A stretch of 64,000 bases of DNA, from IMG/VR virus record IMGVR_UViG_3300042367_000066, positions 188-64,187 of that record. One strand, given 5' to 3'. Within the stretch, counting starts at the first letter, position 1; each line of letters starts with the position of its first letter. Shown piece by piece: positions 57,868-64,000 of the stretch. Below the pieces are notes generated by a model. The model saw nothing but the letters and a program-made list of their open reading frames with translations. It did not search any database and had not been told where the DNA came from. The position numbers and the translations under genes were made by a program. The DNA is from a virus (taxonomy: Duplodnaviria; Caudoviricetes).

Positions 57868-58590
57868 TTACAAATCTTCCCTTATGAAGAAATTATTTAT
57901 GTCCTCCTTAGGACTGTCTCCAAAGAACTTCTCGTAGACCTCAACCGCACGTAGCACCTTCTCTCTACCTCCTAGTAGGAACTCTGCACTAGGCTCGAAC
58001 ACACCCAACTCATGACTTGTCTTGTCTATTACATAGAATATCAATGGCTTATCAAAAAATTGCTGATACAAATATGACTGCGAGTCGTAGTTGTACTTCT
58101 TTGCAGACCACCTGAAGTCAGAGATCTTTGACGTGGTCTTTATGTCAATAATAATCTCGTCTGTCACAATGTCTGCCTTGCCCTTGAACTTGTGGCCGAA
58201 CAACTCCATGATGGCGGGTTCCTCGTACACGTTACCGTCCTTGTAGATGTTCTCGTAAAAGAAGAAGTTCGACTTGATCACGCGAACCATCTCGTCTAGG
58301 TTGTCACACTCATTCCTTAGCAGGAGCAGGTTTCCCTTGGACGCGTCCTTGTATATGTTTGTGTTACGCGTACTCGCCTCCACTATCTCAAAGTTGGCCA
58401 ACTTCTCAGGCTCCAATATGGCCGTGTGGAAGTAGCTACCCTGTAGCATAGGAACCGTCGGCTCCTGCTTCACCTTAAACATCTTAGGGTTACTTAATAG
58501 TACACCCACTGCGCTATTACTTAGGAACTGCGATCCGTAGTCCCCGTAGTAGTCTTTGTCATTTCTTAGTCTATCCAACATATTTCCCAA
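57868..58590 (-). CDS. PD-(D/E)XK exonuclease (RecE/ExoVIII, DUF3799-like)
   Basis: GSYFHTAILEP, KGKADI, IDIKTT, YNY..Q..LY. Confidence 0.85.
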   Translation of the reverse strand: MGNMLDRLRNDKDYYGDYGSQFLSNSAVGVLLSNPKMFKVKQEPTVPMLQGSYFHTAILEPEKLANFEIVEASTRNTNIYKDASKGNLLLLRNECDNLDEMVRVIKSNFFFYENIYKDGNVYEEPAIMELFGHKFKGKADIVTDEIIIDIKTTSKISDFRWSAKKYNYDSQSYLYQQFFDKPLIFYVIDKTSHELGVFEPSAEFLLGGREKVLRAVEVYEKFFGDSPKEDINNFFIREDL

Positions 58591-59140
58591 GTTCTTTTTT
58601 GATTACGGTTGAAATTTTATACTTCGTCTCAAGGTTCTTGACTATCGTGGCCAAGCCAAGGTGCTTGTTGTCTTTGATGTACTTGATTACCTTATCCCAA
58701 TTCGCGTCACCTATGGTCAACTCTAGAGGGCCTGAAGGCTTCTCTACCTTGGTAGTTGTTACTAGGTCTTCACCACTCCAGAGACTAAGACCAAGTCCTT
58801 GCATTGCGATTGCCTTAACCGTGCTCCTCTGTATGGTCTTGTTCACGTCCATCGATGTGATGGCGTCAATACCTATAGACTTGTTACGGAAATCCATAAC
58901 AGGCAGATAATCAATGTGTTCCAATCCTTCTATTACAATTCCAACCTTTACATAACACGTTCTTCCATCTGTAAAATAATTTAATCCTGTTGAAGGATCC
59001 TCATAAACTACCCTCTGTACTGTTGGAAACTCGCTCTTAACGATTCCCCATGCGTTACTCCACGATAGGTACTCGACGTTACCCTTCTTCTCAATCTTTG
59101 CCTTCACGTTGATGGCTGACAACTTCTTAAATACTTCCAT
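58571..59140 (-). CDS. Sak/Rad52-like single-strand annealing protein (DUF1071)
   Basis: YLSW..AW, LPVMDFRNK, DVNK.IQR..VKAIA..GLGL.L..GED. Confidence 0.85.
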   Translation of the reverse strand: MEVFKKLSAINVKAKIEKKGNVEYLSWSNAWGIVKSEFPTVQRVVYEDPSTGLNYFTDGRTCYVKVGIVIEGLEHIDYLPVMDFRNKSIGIDAITSMDVNKTIQRSTVKAIAMQGLGLSLWSGEDLVTTTKVEKPSGPLELTIGDANWDKVIKYIKDNKHLGLATIVKNLETKYKISTVIKKELGKYVG

Positions 59141-59519
59141 TATACTTGATTTTTAAAACATTAGTGTACTTCTCCATTAGGTTTGTTCTCATTGTCTTCA
59201 GATACTGGTAGTGCTTCTGATTGTTTCGACTTCCTATCTCATCACGTATGCTACGGATGATTGTATTCAGCGACATCCTATAATTCGCTAGGCACATCTC
59301 GTAGCATCCCTGCTCAAATCCTAGCCTATAGAACATCCTGTACTCCTCCTTCGATACCTCCTGGTAGAAGTCCCCGTTTAACTTTGTGTTCAGGATCTTT
59401 ATGTCCCCGTCCGTGTTCTCGATCTTGATACCCTTGAATATTCTTGACTTCGAGTACGGTGTGTCAAGCCTCGTGGACTTGTGGAACCATGTCGCGTCCC
59501 TCCAAATTTCATTCTTCAT
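59127..59519 (-). CDS. Hypothetical protein
   Basis: ORF in operon. Confidence 0.65.
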   Translation of the reverse strand: MKNEIWRDATWFHKSTRLDTPYSKSRIFKGIKIENTDGDIKILNTKLNGDFYQEVSKEEYRMFYRLGFEQGCYEMCLANYRMSLNTIIRSIRDEIGSRNNQKHYQYLKTMRTNLMEKYTNVLKIKYNGSI

Positions 59520-59754
59520 AGTTCTTTCTTATTAGTGTGTCAATCTTCTTACTCAACTCTTGGAAGTACGTACCCCTCTGTATCACGTTGGTGTCTGCCA
59601 CCTCGTTGTTCAACTCCTCGCAGAAGCCTATCAGGTCGTCCCTGAACTTCAGCATCCTTGGTGTGGTCGGTTCCAACTCGTCTAGACACTCTAGCAGTAG
59701 ACTGCACAGGCAGTACATCAACTGCGCCTTTACCTTCTTACGCTTATTCATCAT
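59509..59754 (-). CDS. Hypothetical protein
   Basis: ORF in operon. Confidence 0.6.
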   Translation of the reverse strand: MMNKRKKVKAQLMYCLCSLLLECLDELEPTTPRMLKFRDDLIGFCEELNNEVADTNVIQRGTYFQELSKKIDTLIRKNYEE

Positions 59755-59884
59755 CCGTCAAAGTTTTTCTTACGTCGTACCAATACTTTGCTCCCGTCTC
59801 ACGTATCAACTCGTTAATACATCTCAATGCGAATACATAGTCTCCATTGAATAAATCTAAAATTCTTTGTGCTTCTTCTTTCAT
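59744..59884 (-). CDS. Small hypothetical protein (46 aa)
   Basis: A.RCINELI....KYWYDV; overlaps both neighbours. Confidence 0.55.
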   Translation of the reverse strand: MKEEAQRILDLFNGDYVFALRCINELIRETGAKYWYDVRKTLTDDE

Positions 59885-60072
59885 TTTACTATTGTTTTTA
59901 TTGTTGTTATTGGCGTGGTATCCTTACCAAGCATCTGCTCTTCTATACTTTTAATCGCTAGAGTTAATATTCCAATCAACTCTATTGGACTGAACCCGTC
60001 ATTGATTCTAGACATGGTCAGGGTCTCATCGTCCCATTGTATCCCGTATTTTTTTAATTTGTTAGTAACCAT
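59881..60072 (-). CDS. Hypothetical protein
   Basis: R.NDGF.P.ELIG.L. Confidence 0.55.
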   Translation of the reverse strand: MVTNKLKKYGIQWDDETLTMSRINDGFSPIELIGILTLAIKSIEEQMLGKDTTPITTIKTIVK

Positions 60073-60296
60073 CCCATCTTGTTTTGTTGTTGATACTCCT
60101 CATACGTGCAACGTCTCATAGACCCGTAGTCAGGCCTTAACTTCACGTGCGTCGGGTACTCCTTCTCGTGTTTCTTACTCTCTCTTATAACCTTTGCGTA
60201 GGCCTCGCGCTTACTTCTTGCCCACACATCGTTAAAACCACCACCTACCCAATTAAATAGGTACAAATACTCTCCACTTATACTTCTGTATTTCAT
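60054..60296 (-). CDS. Hypothetical protein
   Basis: Re-started at MKYRS; YLFNW.GGGFN.VWA. Confidence 0.6.
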   Translation of the reverse strand: MKYRSISGEYLYLFNWVGGGFNDVWARSKREAYAKVIRESKKHEKEYPTHVKLRPDYGSMRRCTYEEYQQQNKMGWLLTN

Positions 60297-60441
60297 ATGT
60301 TTAGTTTTTAAAAAATGATGTCTCTCCATCAGTCAAGAATATCTGTGTTTGTAGGACTATGAACTCATTGCCACCTGATTCCTACTTTGACTCACGCACA
60401 CAGACGGCCTACATTGTATCTTTTACAAGGACTGTATTTAA

Positions 60442-60732
60442 TCAGATGGCGTTTATTTCTTCCAAGACCTCTACCTCTCTCGGCTTCAGTCTTCTGAACC
60501 TCGATATCTTAAACATCGGCTCTATTGTTTTGTCTATGAGCCTGAAGTACCTAGGCTCGTTCCTTATCTCCTCCAACAACACGCCAACGGCTCCGAAGTC
60601 GTGCTCTTGTATCTCTCTTATCGTGTACTGACTGCCATCGACCACCCAATTGGGCACGTCTACAGACAACTCGTCGCACGTGTGTGGTAGCTTACTAGCG
60701 TCCACGCACACAACCCTCTCTCCGACTAAAAT
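60442..60732 (-). CDS. Hypothetical protein (start uncertain: GTG 60711 or ATT 60732)
   Basis: VGERVVCVDAS...G..YTIR.I...GVLLEEI.N...F...RFR. Confidence 0.6.
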   Translation of the reverse strand: MLVGERVVCVDASKLPHTCDELSVDVPNWVVDGSQYTIREIQEHDFGAVGVLLEEIRNEPRYFRLIDKTIEPMFKISRFRRLKPREVEVLEEINAI

Positions 60733-60956
60733 AGTTGTGCTATCTGCTTGTTACTCATCCCCAACACGCAGTTCAGCGCGTCGTCAACTAACTCGTCCGT
60801 GTCCAATATCCTGAACAAGACTTGAACCTTGCTATGCGTTAGTTCGCGTCCACGTGCAAACTCTTTCACTCTCACAAGTCTGTCCGTGAAGTCTTGGTTG
60901 TCTGCCACCGTGAGCGCGTCTCCATTGCGCGTCCACCTTCCGTTTTTAATTTCCAT
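60726..60956 (-). CDS. Hypothetical protein
   Basis: MEIKNGRW; overlaps. Confidence 0.6.
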   Translation of the reverse strand: MEIKNGRWTRNGDALTVADNQDFTDRLVRVKEFARGRELTHSKVQVLFRILDTDELVDDALNCVLGMSNKQIAQLF

Positions 60957-61248
60957 GTAGTCTATGTTTTTTAGTTAGTAAGTCTGTCTCGTACGTGCTA
61001 GGCACACAACAATTTGAAGGACACACTGACGCACACTGTGGTGCACCGTAGAAGCCGACACACTCTGTGCACTTCTCCTCCACGATGTAGAACACGTCGC
61101 TTGAACGTGGTGCCTGAGGTGTATCATCCGTCAGGCTAGTGCCGTCGCTCCATCTCCAATCCGTGTCAGGCTCGTATATCGCGTTGTTCGGACACACGGG
61201 CTCACACAGTCCGCAGTTGATGCAGTCGTCTGTTATCTTTATTGCCAT
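60946..61248 (-). CDS. YfhL-family 2x[4Fe-4S] ferredoxin (host-like)
   Basis: MAIKITDDCINCGLCEPVCPNNAI...KCTECVGFY..PQCASVCP. Confidence 0.92.
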   Translation of the reverse strand: MAIKITDDCINCGLCEPVCPNNAIYEPDTDWRWSDGTSLTDDTPQAPRSSDVFYIVEEKCTECVGFYGAPQCASVCPSNCCVPSTYETDLLTKKHRLHGN

Positions 61249-61460
61249 GTCTTTATTAGTTTATTATTTACATCATATAATGATGTAAGGTTATACTCTT
61301 TATCTATTCTCTCTAAAACCTGATCTAGGTTAGCCGTCTGAAATACCATGTGGAAGTCCTGAAGGGGGATGTCTTTACCGCCCTTGCTTCTGTAGTACTT
61401 GTGGAACCACTCTATGTTATACTGCCCACTGTTACGCATTCTGATATACTCTTGTATCAT
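61239..61460 (-). CDS. Hypothetical protein
   Basis: ORF in operon. Confidence 0.6.
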   Translation of the reverse strand: MIQEYIRMRNSGQYNIEWFHKYYRSKGGKDIPLQDFHMVFQTANLDQVLERIDKEYNLTSLYDVNNKLIKTWQ

Positions 61461-61462
61461 GT

Positions 61463-61735
61463 CTAATAATTTAAGTCAGGGAAGTCGCAAGGGTCACTAC
61501 TGAATCCGCAGTCAGGACACGTTATGGTCTCGTCTGCTATTCTGTGTAGTAGTGTGCTCCCGCAGTCTCCACATGTTACTATGTTAATACCTGTCTTTTT
61601 AGCCACCTCAATCTGAAGGTCTAGTTGTGTCTCCCTTGGCTTTACTCTTATGGTCGTAGTGCCGTCTCCTACATTAACCCACTTGTCTGTGAACTTGTTG
61701 AAGAACTCTAACTCGTCTGATTTAAAATGTGTCAT
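61463..61735 (-). CDS. Zinc-ribbon protein
   Basis: INIVTCGDCG..LLH...ITCPDC...CDFPDL. Confidence 0.7.
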   Translation of the reverse strand: MTHFKSDELEFFNKFTDKWVNVGDGTTTIRVKPRETQLDLQIEVAKKTGINIVTCGDCGSTLLHRIADETITCPDCGFSSDPCDFPDLNY

Positions 61736-61740
61736 GTCTT

Positions 61741-62064
61741 TTAGTTGTTATACCAATTAATAAATTTTACTACGGCATCGTACACGTGCTCTATCTTATG
61801 CTCAAAGGATATGTCTGCACTATTATCTACAATGACCTCTCCTCCCGTTCTCCATTCGTATATCCTTGTTCCGTTGGTTAGAATGTTCACGTCTATAGAA
61901 TCAATGTGCTCAATCTTTTCTACTGCCTCTATTAAGTCATTCCAATTATTTTCGAAATCAAACTTTTTATAGATAAATTTTGTACCTGTTTTCTTTCTAT
62001 AACTATTTAATTCTTGACTGTCTAAAGTCCATCCTAAAAACTCTGCGATTAATTTATTGTTCAT
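61741..62064 (-). CDS. Hypothetical protein
   Basis: NNKLIAEF.G...W..L..AVEKIE...VY.AVV.FI.WYN. Confidence 0.7.
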   Translation of the reverse strand: MNNKLIAEFLGWTLDSQELNSYRKKTGTKFIYKKFDFENNWNDLIEAVEKIEHIDSIDVNILTNGTRIYEWRTGGEVIVDNSADISFEHKIEHVYDAVVKFINWYNN

Positions 62065-62073
62065 CTTGTTTAG

Positions 62074-62364
62074 TTATTGTGCACACAAACCCCACGCCTC
62101 TATGCGCTTGAAGTTGTGTCCGTTAATGTTTAGTTGTTTGCATATGAACCTTGCCAATATGCGGTTGCCCTTCGTGTCGTTGTCTATCTCTCGGGTGCCT
62201 ATCCTGAACACCACCTCTGACGGATCCATACCGAGCACCCTCTTGCAGAACTTTCCGTCCTGACCTAGGTAGAACCTTTGGTGGTGCTTCTTTGTCTCTA
62301 ATACCAAACACCAATCGTGACCGATGCTATATGCACCCCTACTTACTATTACCTTTGCTTTCAT
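62074..62364 (-). CDS. Hypothetical protein
   Basis: FYLGQD.KFC.RVLGM. Confidence 0.65.
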   Translation of the reverse strand: MKAKVIVSRGAYSIGHDWCLVLETKKHHQRFYLGQDGKFCKRVLGMDPSEVVFRIGTREIDNDTKGNRILARFICKQLNINGHNFKRIEAWGLCAQ

Positions 62365-62629
62365 TCTGAATTAGTTTTAAGATTAATTTCCACGCCTCTA
62401 GGTCGCGCTCTATACTATTTATTATTATGCTCATGTGACCCTCATCGTACATCTGTCTGTCGATTTGTTGTAACTCGTCCTCTAGGCTCATGACCTTGAC
62501 CATCGCCTTTATTAGTGCTCTCTCTACTACTGAATCCATGACAACTCCCTTCTCATTAGTCCAAACCTGATTGAATTCTTTACTGACTGCTTTGCTTCGT
62601 GCCATGTCAGTTGTGGGTTGTCCTTGCAC
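62339..62629 (-). CDS. Hypothetical protein (start uncertain)
   Basis: Helical C-terminal half; overlaps 62527..62715 in another frame, true start may be MDSVVE. Confidence 0.5.
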   Translation of the reverse strand: MQGQPTTDMARSKAVSKEFNQVWTNEKGVVMDSVVERALIKAMVKVMSLEDELQQIDRQMYDEGHMSIIINSIERDLEAWKLILKLIQNESKGNSK

Positions 62630-62715
62630 TCGTACTTTACAAGTGCCGTGAACTTCTGCTCACGCTCCCTGATTGACCGTATGGTCTGATTAACTAGTGT
62701 TATCCTTGGTCGCAT
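62527..62715 (-). CDS. Hypothetical protein
   Basis: ORF in operon. Confidence 0.5.
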   Translation of the reverse strand: MRPRITLVNQTIRSIREREQKFTALVKYECKDNPQLTWHEAKQSVKNSIRFGLMRRELSWIQ

Positions 62716-62924
62716 AGTCTCTCTATTAATAAGTTAGTACTGAACTCTATCTCTTCTATGGTCTGCTTGTGCTTGTCTAGGAACCACTGTGGGAACTCAA
62801 TCGCCACTAGTTCAGGACTCACATCCTTGTGCTCAAATGACGATGGCACAAAGAAGGGTTTACTTCCGTGTGCCAACGTGATTGAGTCATGACCTAACTG
62901 CCTTCTATATTTTTGTAGTATCAT
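62700..62924 (-). CDS. Hypothetical protein
   Basis: ORF in operon. Confidence 0.55.
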   Translation of the reverse strand: MILQKYRRQLGHDSITLAHGSKPFFVPSSFEHKDVSPELVAIEFPQWFLDKHKQTIEEIEFSTNLLIERLCDQG

Positions 62925-63102
62925 CTATCTCTTGAAATATTTGTTCTGTAATCCAATCACTATTCAATACTTGCTCTAGTATGTCATAAGCCTCGTCGTC
63001 TGTGCACTCGTGATATTGTTTAACATCTTTTATGTGCCAAAGGCTACCCGTACAGTAACCCGCTTCCTTAAGTATAGCCTTCGCTTGTTTTATTTTGTCC
63101 AT
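62905..63102 (-). CDS. Hypothetical protein
   Basis: AK..L..AGY...LW...DV...CTDDEA..IL. Confidence 0.65.
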   Translation of the reverse strand: MDKIKQAKAILKEAGYCTGSLWHIKDVKQYHECTDDEAYDILEQVLNSDWITEQIFQEIDDTTKI

Positions 63103-63275
63103 GATGTGATAAAGTTTTTATAGTCGTTATAAATATAAAACACCGTCTGCTCAAACGTGCAGTCAGGTTGATAGATGTTTGGAGCATACTCCTTAATGAT
63201 GGCGGTCACTTGCTCCAATGTTGGAACCTCGTCCTTGTACGTGTCAGCGATGTGCTGATAGATTGATTTCTTCAT
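63090..63275 (-). CDS. Hypothetical protein (61 aa)
   Basis: Re-started at MKKSIYQ; the longer track ORF runs through the ribozyme. Confidence 0.6.
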   Translation of the reverse strand: MKKSIYQHIADTYKDEVPTLEQVTAIIKEYAPNIYQPDCTFEQTVFYIYNDYKNFITSWTK

Positions 63276-63349
63276 AGTATTGATTTTATAATTAGTACCC
63301 ATACTGATATGCAGATTAATATTAATACTGCCCATACAATTCCTTTCAT
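63272..63349 (-). CDS. 25-aa membrane peptide
   Basis: MKGIVWAVLILICISVWVLIIKSIL; ATG just after hammerhead A; ATGA overlap with next gene. Confidence 0.55.
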   Translation of the reverse strand: MKGIVWAVLILICISVWVLIIKSIL

Positions 63350-63365
63350 AATAAATATATTTAAT

Positions 63366-63418
63366 GGTTAAGACACCCACTTGGGGTGTTTCGATCATTT
63401 AGATCTCGTCAGTTAACC
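63366..63418 (-). ncRNA. Hammerhead ribozyme, type I (A)
   Basis: GGUUAA-CUGACGA-GAUC(UAAAU)GAUC-GAAA-CACCC(CAAGU)GGGUG-UC-UUAACC; cut between 63372 and 63371. Confidence 0.93.
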
Positions 63419-63604
63419 TTGGCTCTCAATCCAACGTCTAAACGCAATAGCCACGTCTCCATCACTCCAATTAACTTCGTCTGCCTTGTCGCATACATCG
63501 TCATAACAAAATTGAGTTATGTCGTCAATATTGCTTGGAATATCGATATTTATTCTATCAAATATATCGATAATTAAACCTTGAATTTCATTTTTTTTGT
63601 CCAT
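63413..63604 (-). CDS. Acidic early protein (63 aa)
   Basis: Between hammerheads B and A; its TAA lies in stem I of A. Confidence 0.7.
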   Translation of the reverse strand: MDKKNEIQGLIIDIFDRINIDIPSNIDDITQFCYDDVCDKADEVNWSDGDVAIAFRRWIESQG

Positions 63605-63622
63605 GATAAATATTTTTTAATT

Positions 63623-63677
63623 GGTTAATACACCCCGTAGTGGGGTGTTTCGGATACTTAATCCTCATCAGTTAACC
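63623..63677 (-). ncRNA. Hammerhead ribozyme, type I (B)
   Basis: GGUUAA-CUGAUGA-GGAU(UAAGU)AUCC-GAAA-CACCCC(ACUAC)GGGGUG-UA-UUAACC; compensatory changes relative to A. Confidence 0.93.
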
Positions 63678-63754
63678 TAGATTATTGATATTAAAGTTAG
63701 AAATACTGCCCATAGTACTAGGGCAAGTCCGATGTCTTTTAGGTTCTTATCCAT
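63677..63754 (-). CDS. 25-aa membrane peptide
   Basis: MDKNLKDIGLALVLWAVFLTLISII; TAG overlaps first base of hammerhead B. Confidence 0.5.
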   Translation of the reverse strand: MDKNLKDIGLALVLWAVFLTLISII

Positions 63755-63872
63755 AGATTCCAAATGTTAGGTGGGAGCACTCTCCCGTTACTAATCCTAC
63801 TACTACTCTTAAAAATCCTGCCACGAATAACGTGGTCAAAGATGCTACAAAAACTTTTTCAAATGTGTTCAT
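63747..63872 (-). CDS. 41-aa membrane peptide
   Basis: MNTFEKVFVASLTTLFVAGFLRVVVGLVTGECSHLTFGIYG; ATG just after hammerhead C. Confidence 0.55.
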   Translation of the reverse strand: MNTFEKVFVASLTTLFVAGFLRVVVGLVTGECSHLTFGIYG

Positions 63873-63888
63873 GATAAATATATTTAAT

Positions 63889-63941
63889 GGTTAAGACACC
63901 CACTTGGGGTGTTTCGATCATTTAGATCTCGTCAGTTAACC
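63889..63941 (-). ncRNA. Hammerhead ribozyme, type I (C), identical to A
   Basis: Same sequence as 63366-63418; cut between 63895 and 63894. Confidence 0.93.
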
Positions 63942-64000
63942 TTTTGTACTATTTTTTTAATTCTACTTCTGTTTGGCTATAATCCATATCAATTGTCAAT

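Larger units (their letters stand above)
63351..63943. repeat. Exact 70-bp direct repeat (63351-63420 = 63874-63943), with a diverged third copy at ~63606-63678
   Basis: Each copy = hammerhead plus A/U-rich translation leader. Confidence 0.9.

Noticed and set aside
63351-63943. CRISPR array or terminators as explanation of the repeats
   Set aside because: Repeats are 55-70 bp, separated by ~200-bp coding segments, with no cas genes or U-tracts; the hammerhead consensus explains them fully

Overview
The window is most or all of a ~64 kb lytic, podovirus-like dsDNA phage genome infecting a Bacteroidetes (probably Flavobacteriia) host. Host inference rests on many TAnnTTTG -7 promoters, A-rich SD-less starts, and DUF5675, VirE-N-type primase, FISUMP and BspA-type proteins. 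Two arms diverge from a non-coding, origin-like region at ~760-1500. The + arm (1.5-47.5 kb) carries GroEL/GroES, a probable Acb2/Tad1-type sponge, small basic proteins, lysis genes, fibres/adhesins, terminase, portal, scaffold, major capsid, tail ring/nozzle and ejection proteins. The - arm (47.5-64 kb and 1-0.7 kb) carries a T5 A1-like nuclease, 2OG-Fe oxygenase, VRR-NUC, helicase, primase-helicase, SSB, exonuclease, Sak-like annealase, ferredoxin and many tiny early genes. No DNA polymerase, RNA polymerase or integrase was recognised. The most striking signal is at RNA level. The early transcript is punctuated by four canonical hammerhead ribozymes (type III at 481-534; type I at 63366-63418, 63623-63677, 63889-63941), each between a stop codon or leader and the next start. 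The three type I copies share an identical stem I, so excised ~260-nt gene modules could re-form a ribozyme and circularise. Other candidate RNAs are a promoter-driven pair of aberrant tRNA-like RNAs (one almost lacking an anticodon arm) and three unexplained pseudoknot/hairpin elements. All protein calls are by motif recognition by eye; no database searches were run.
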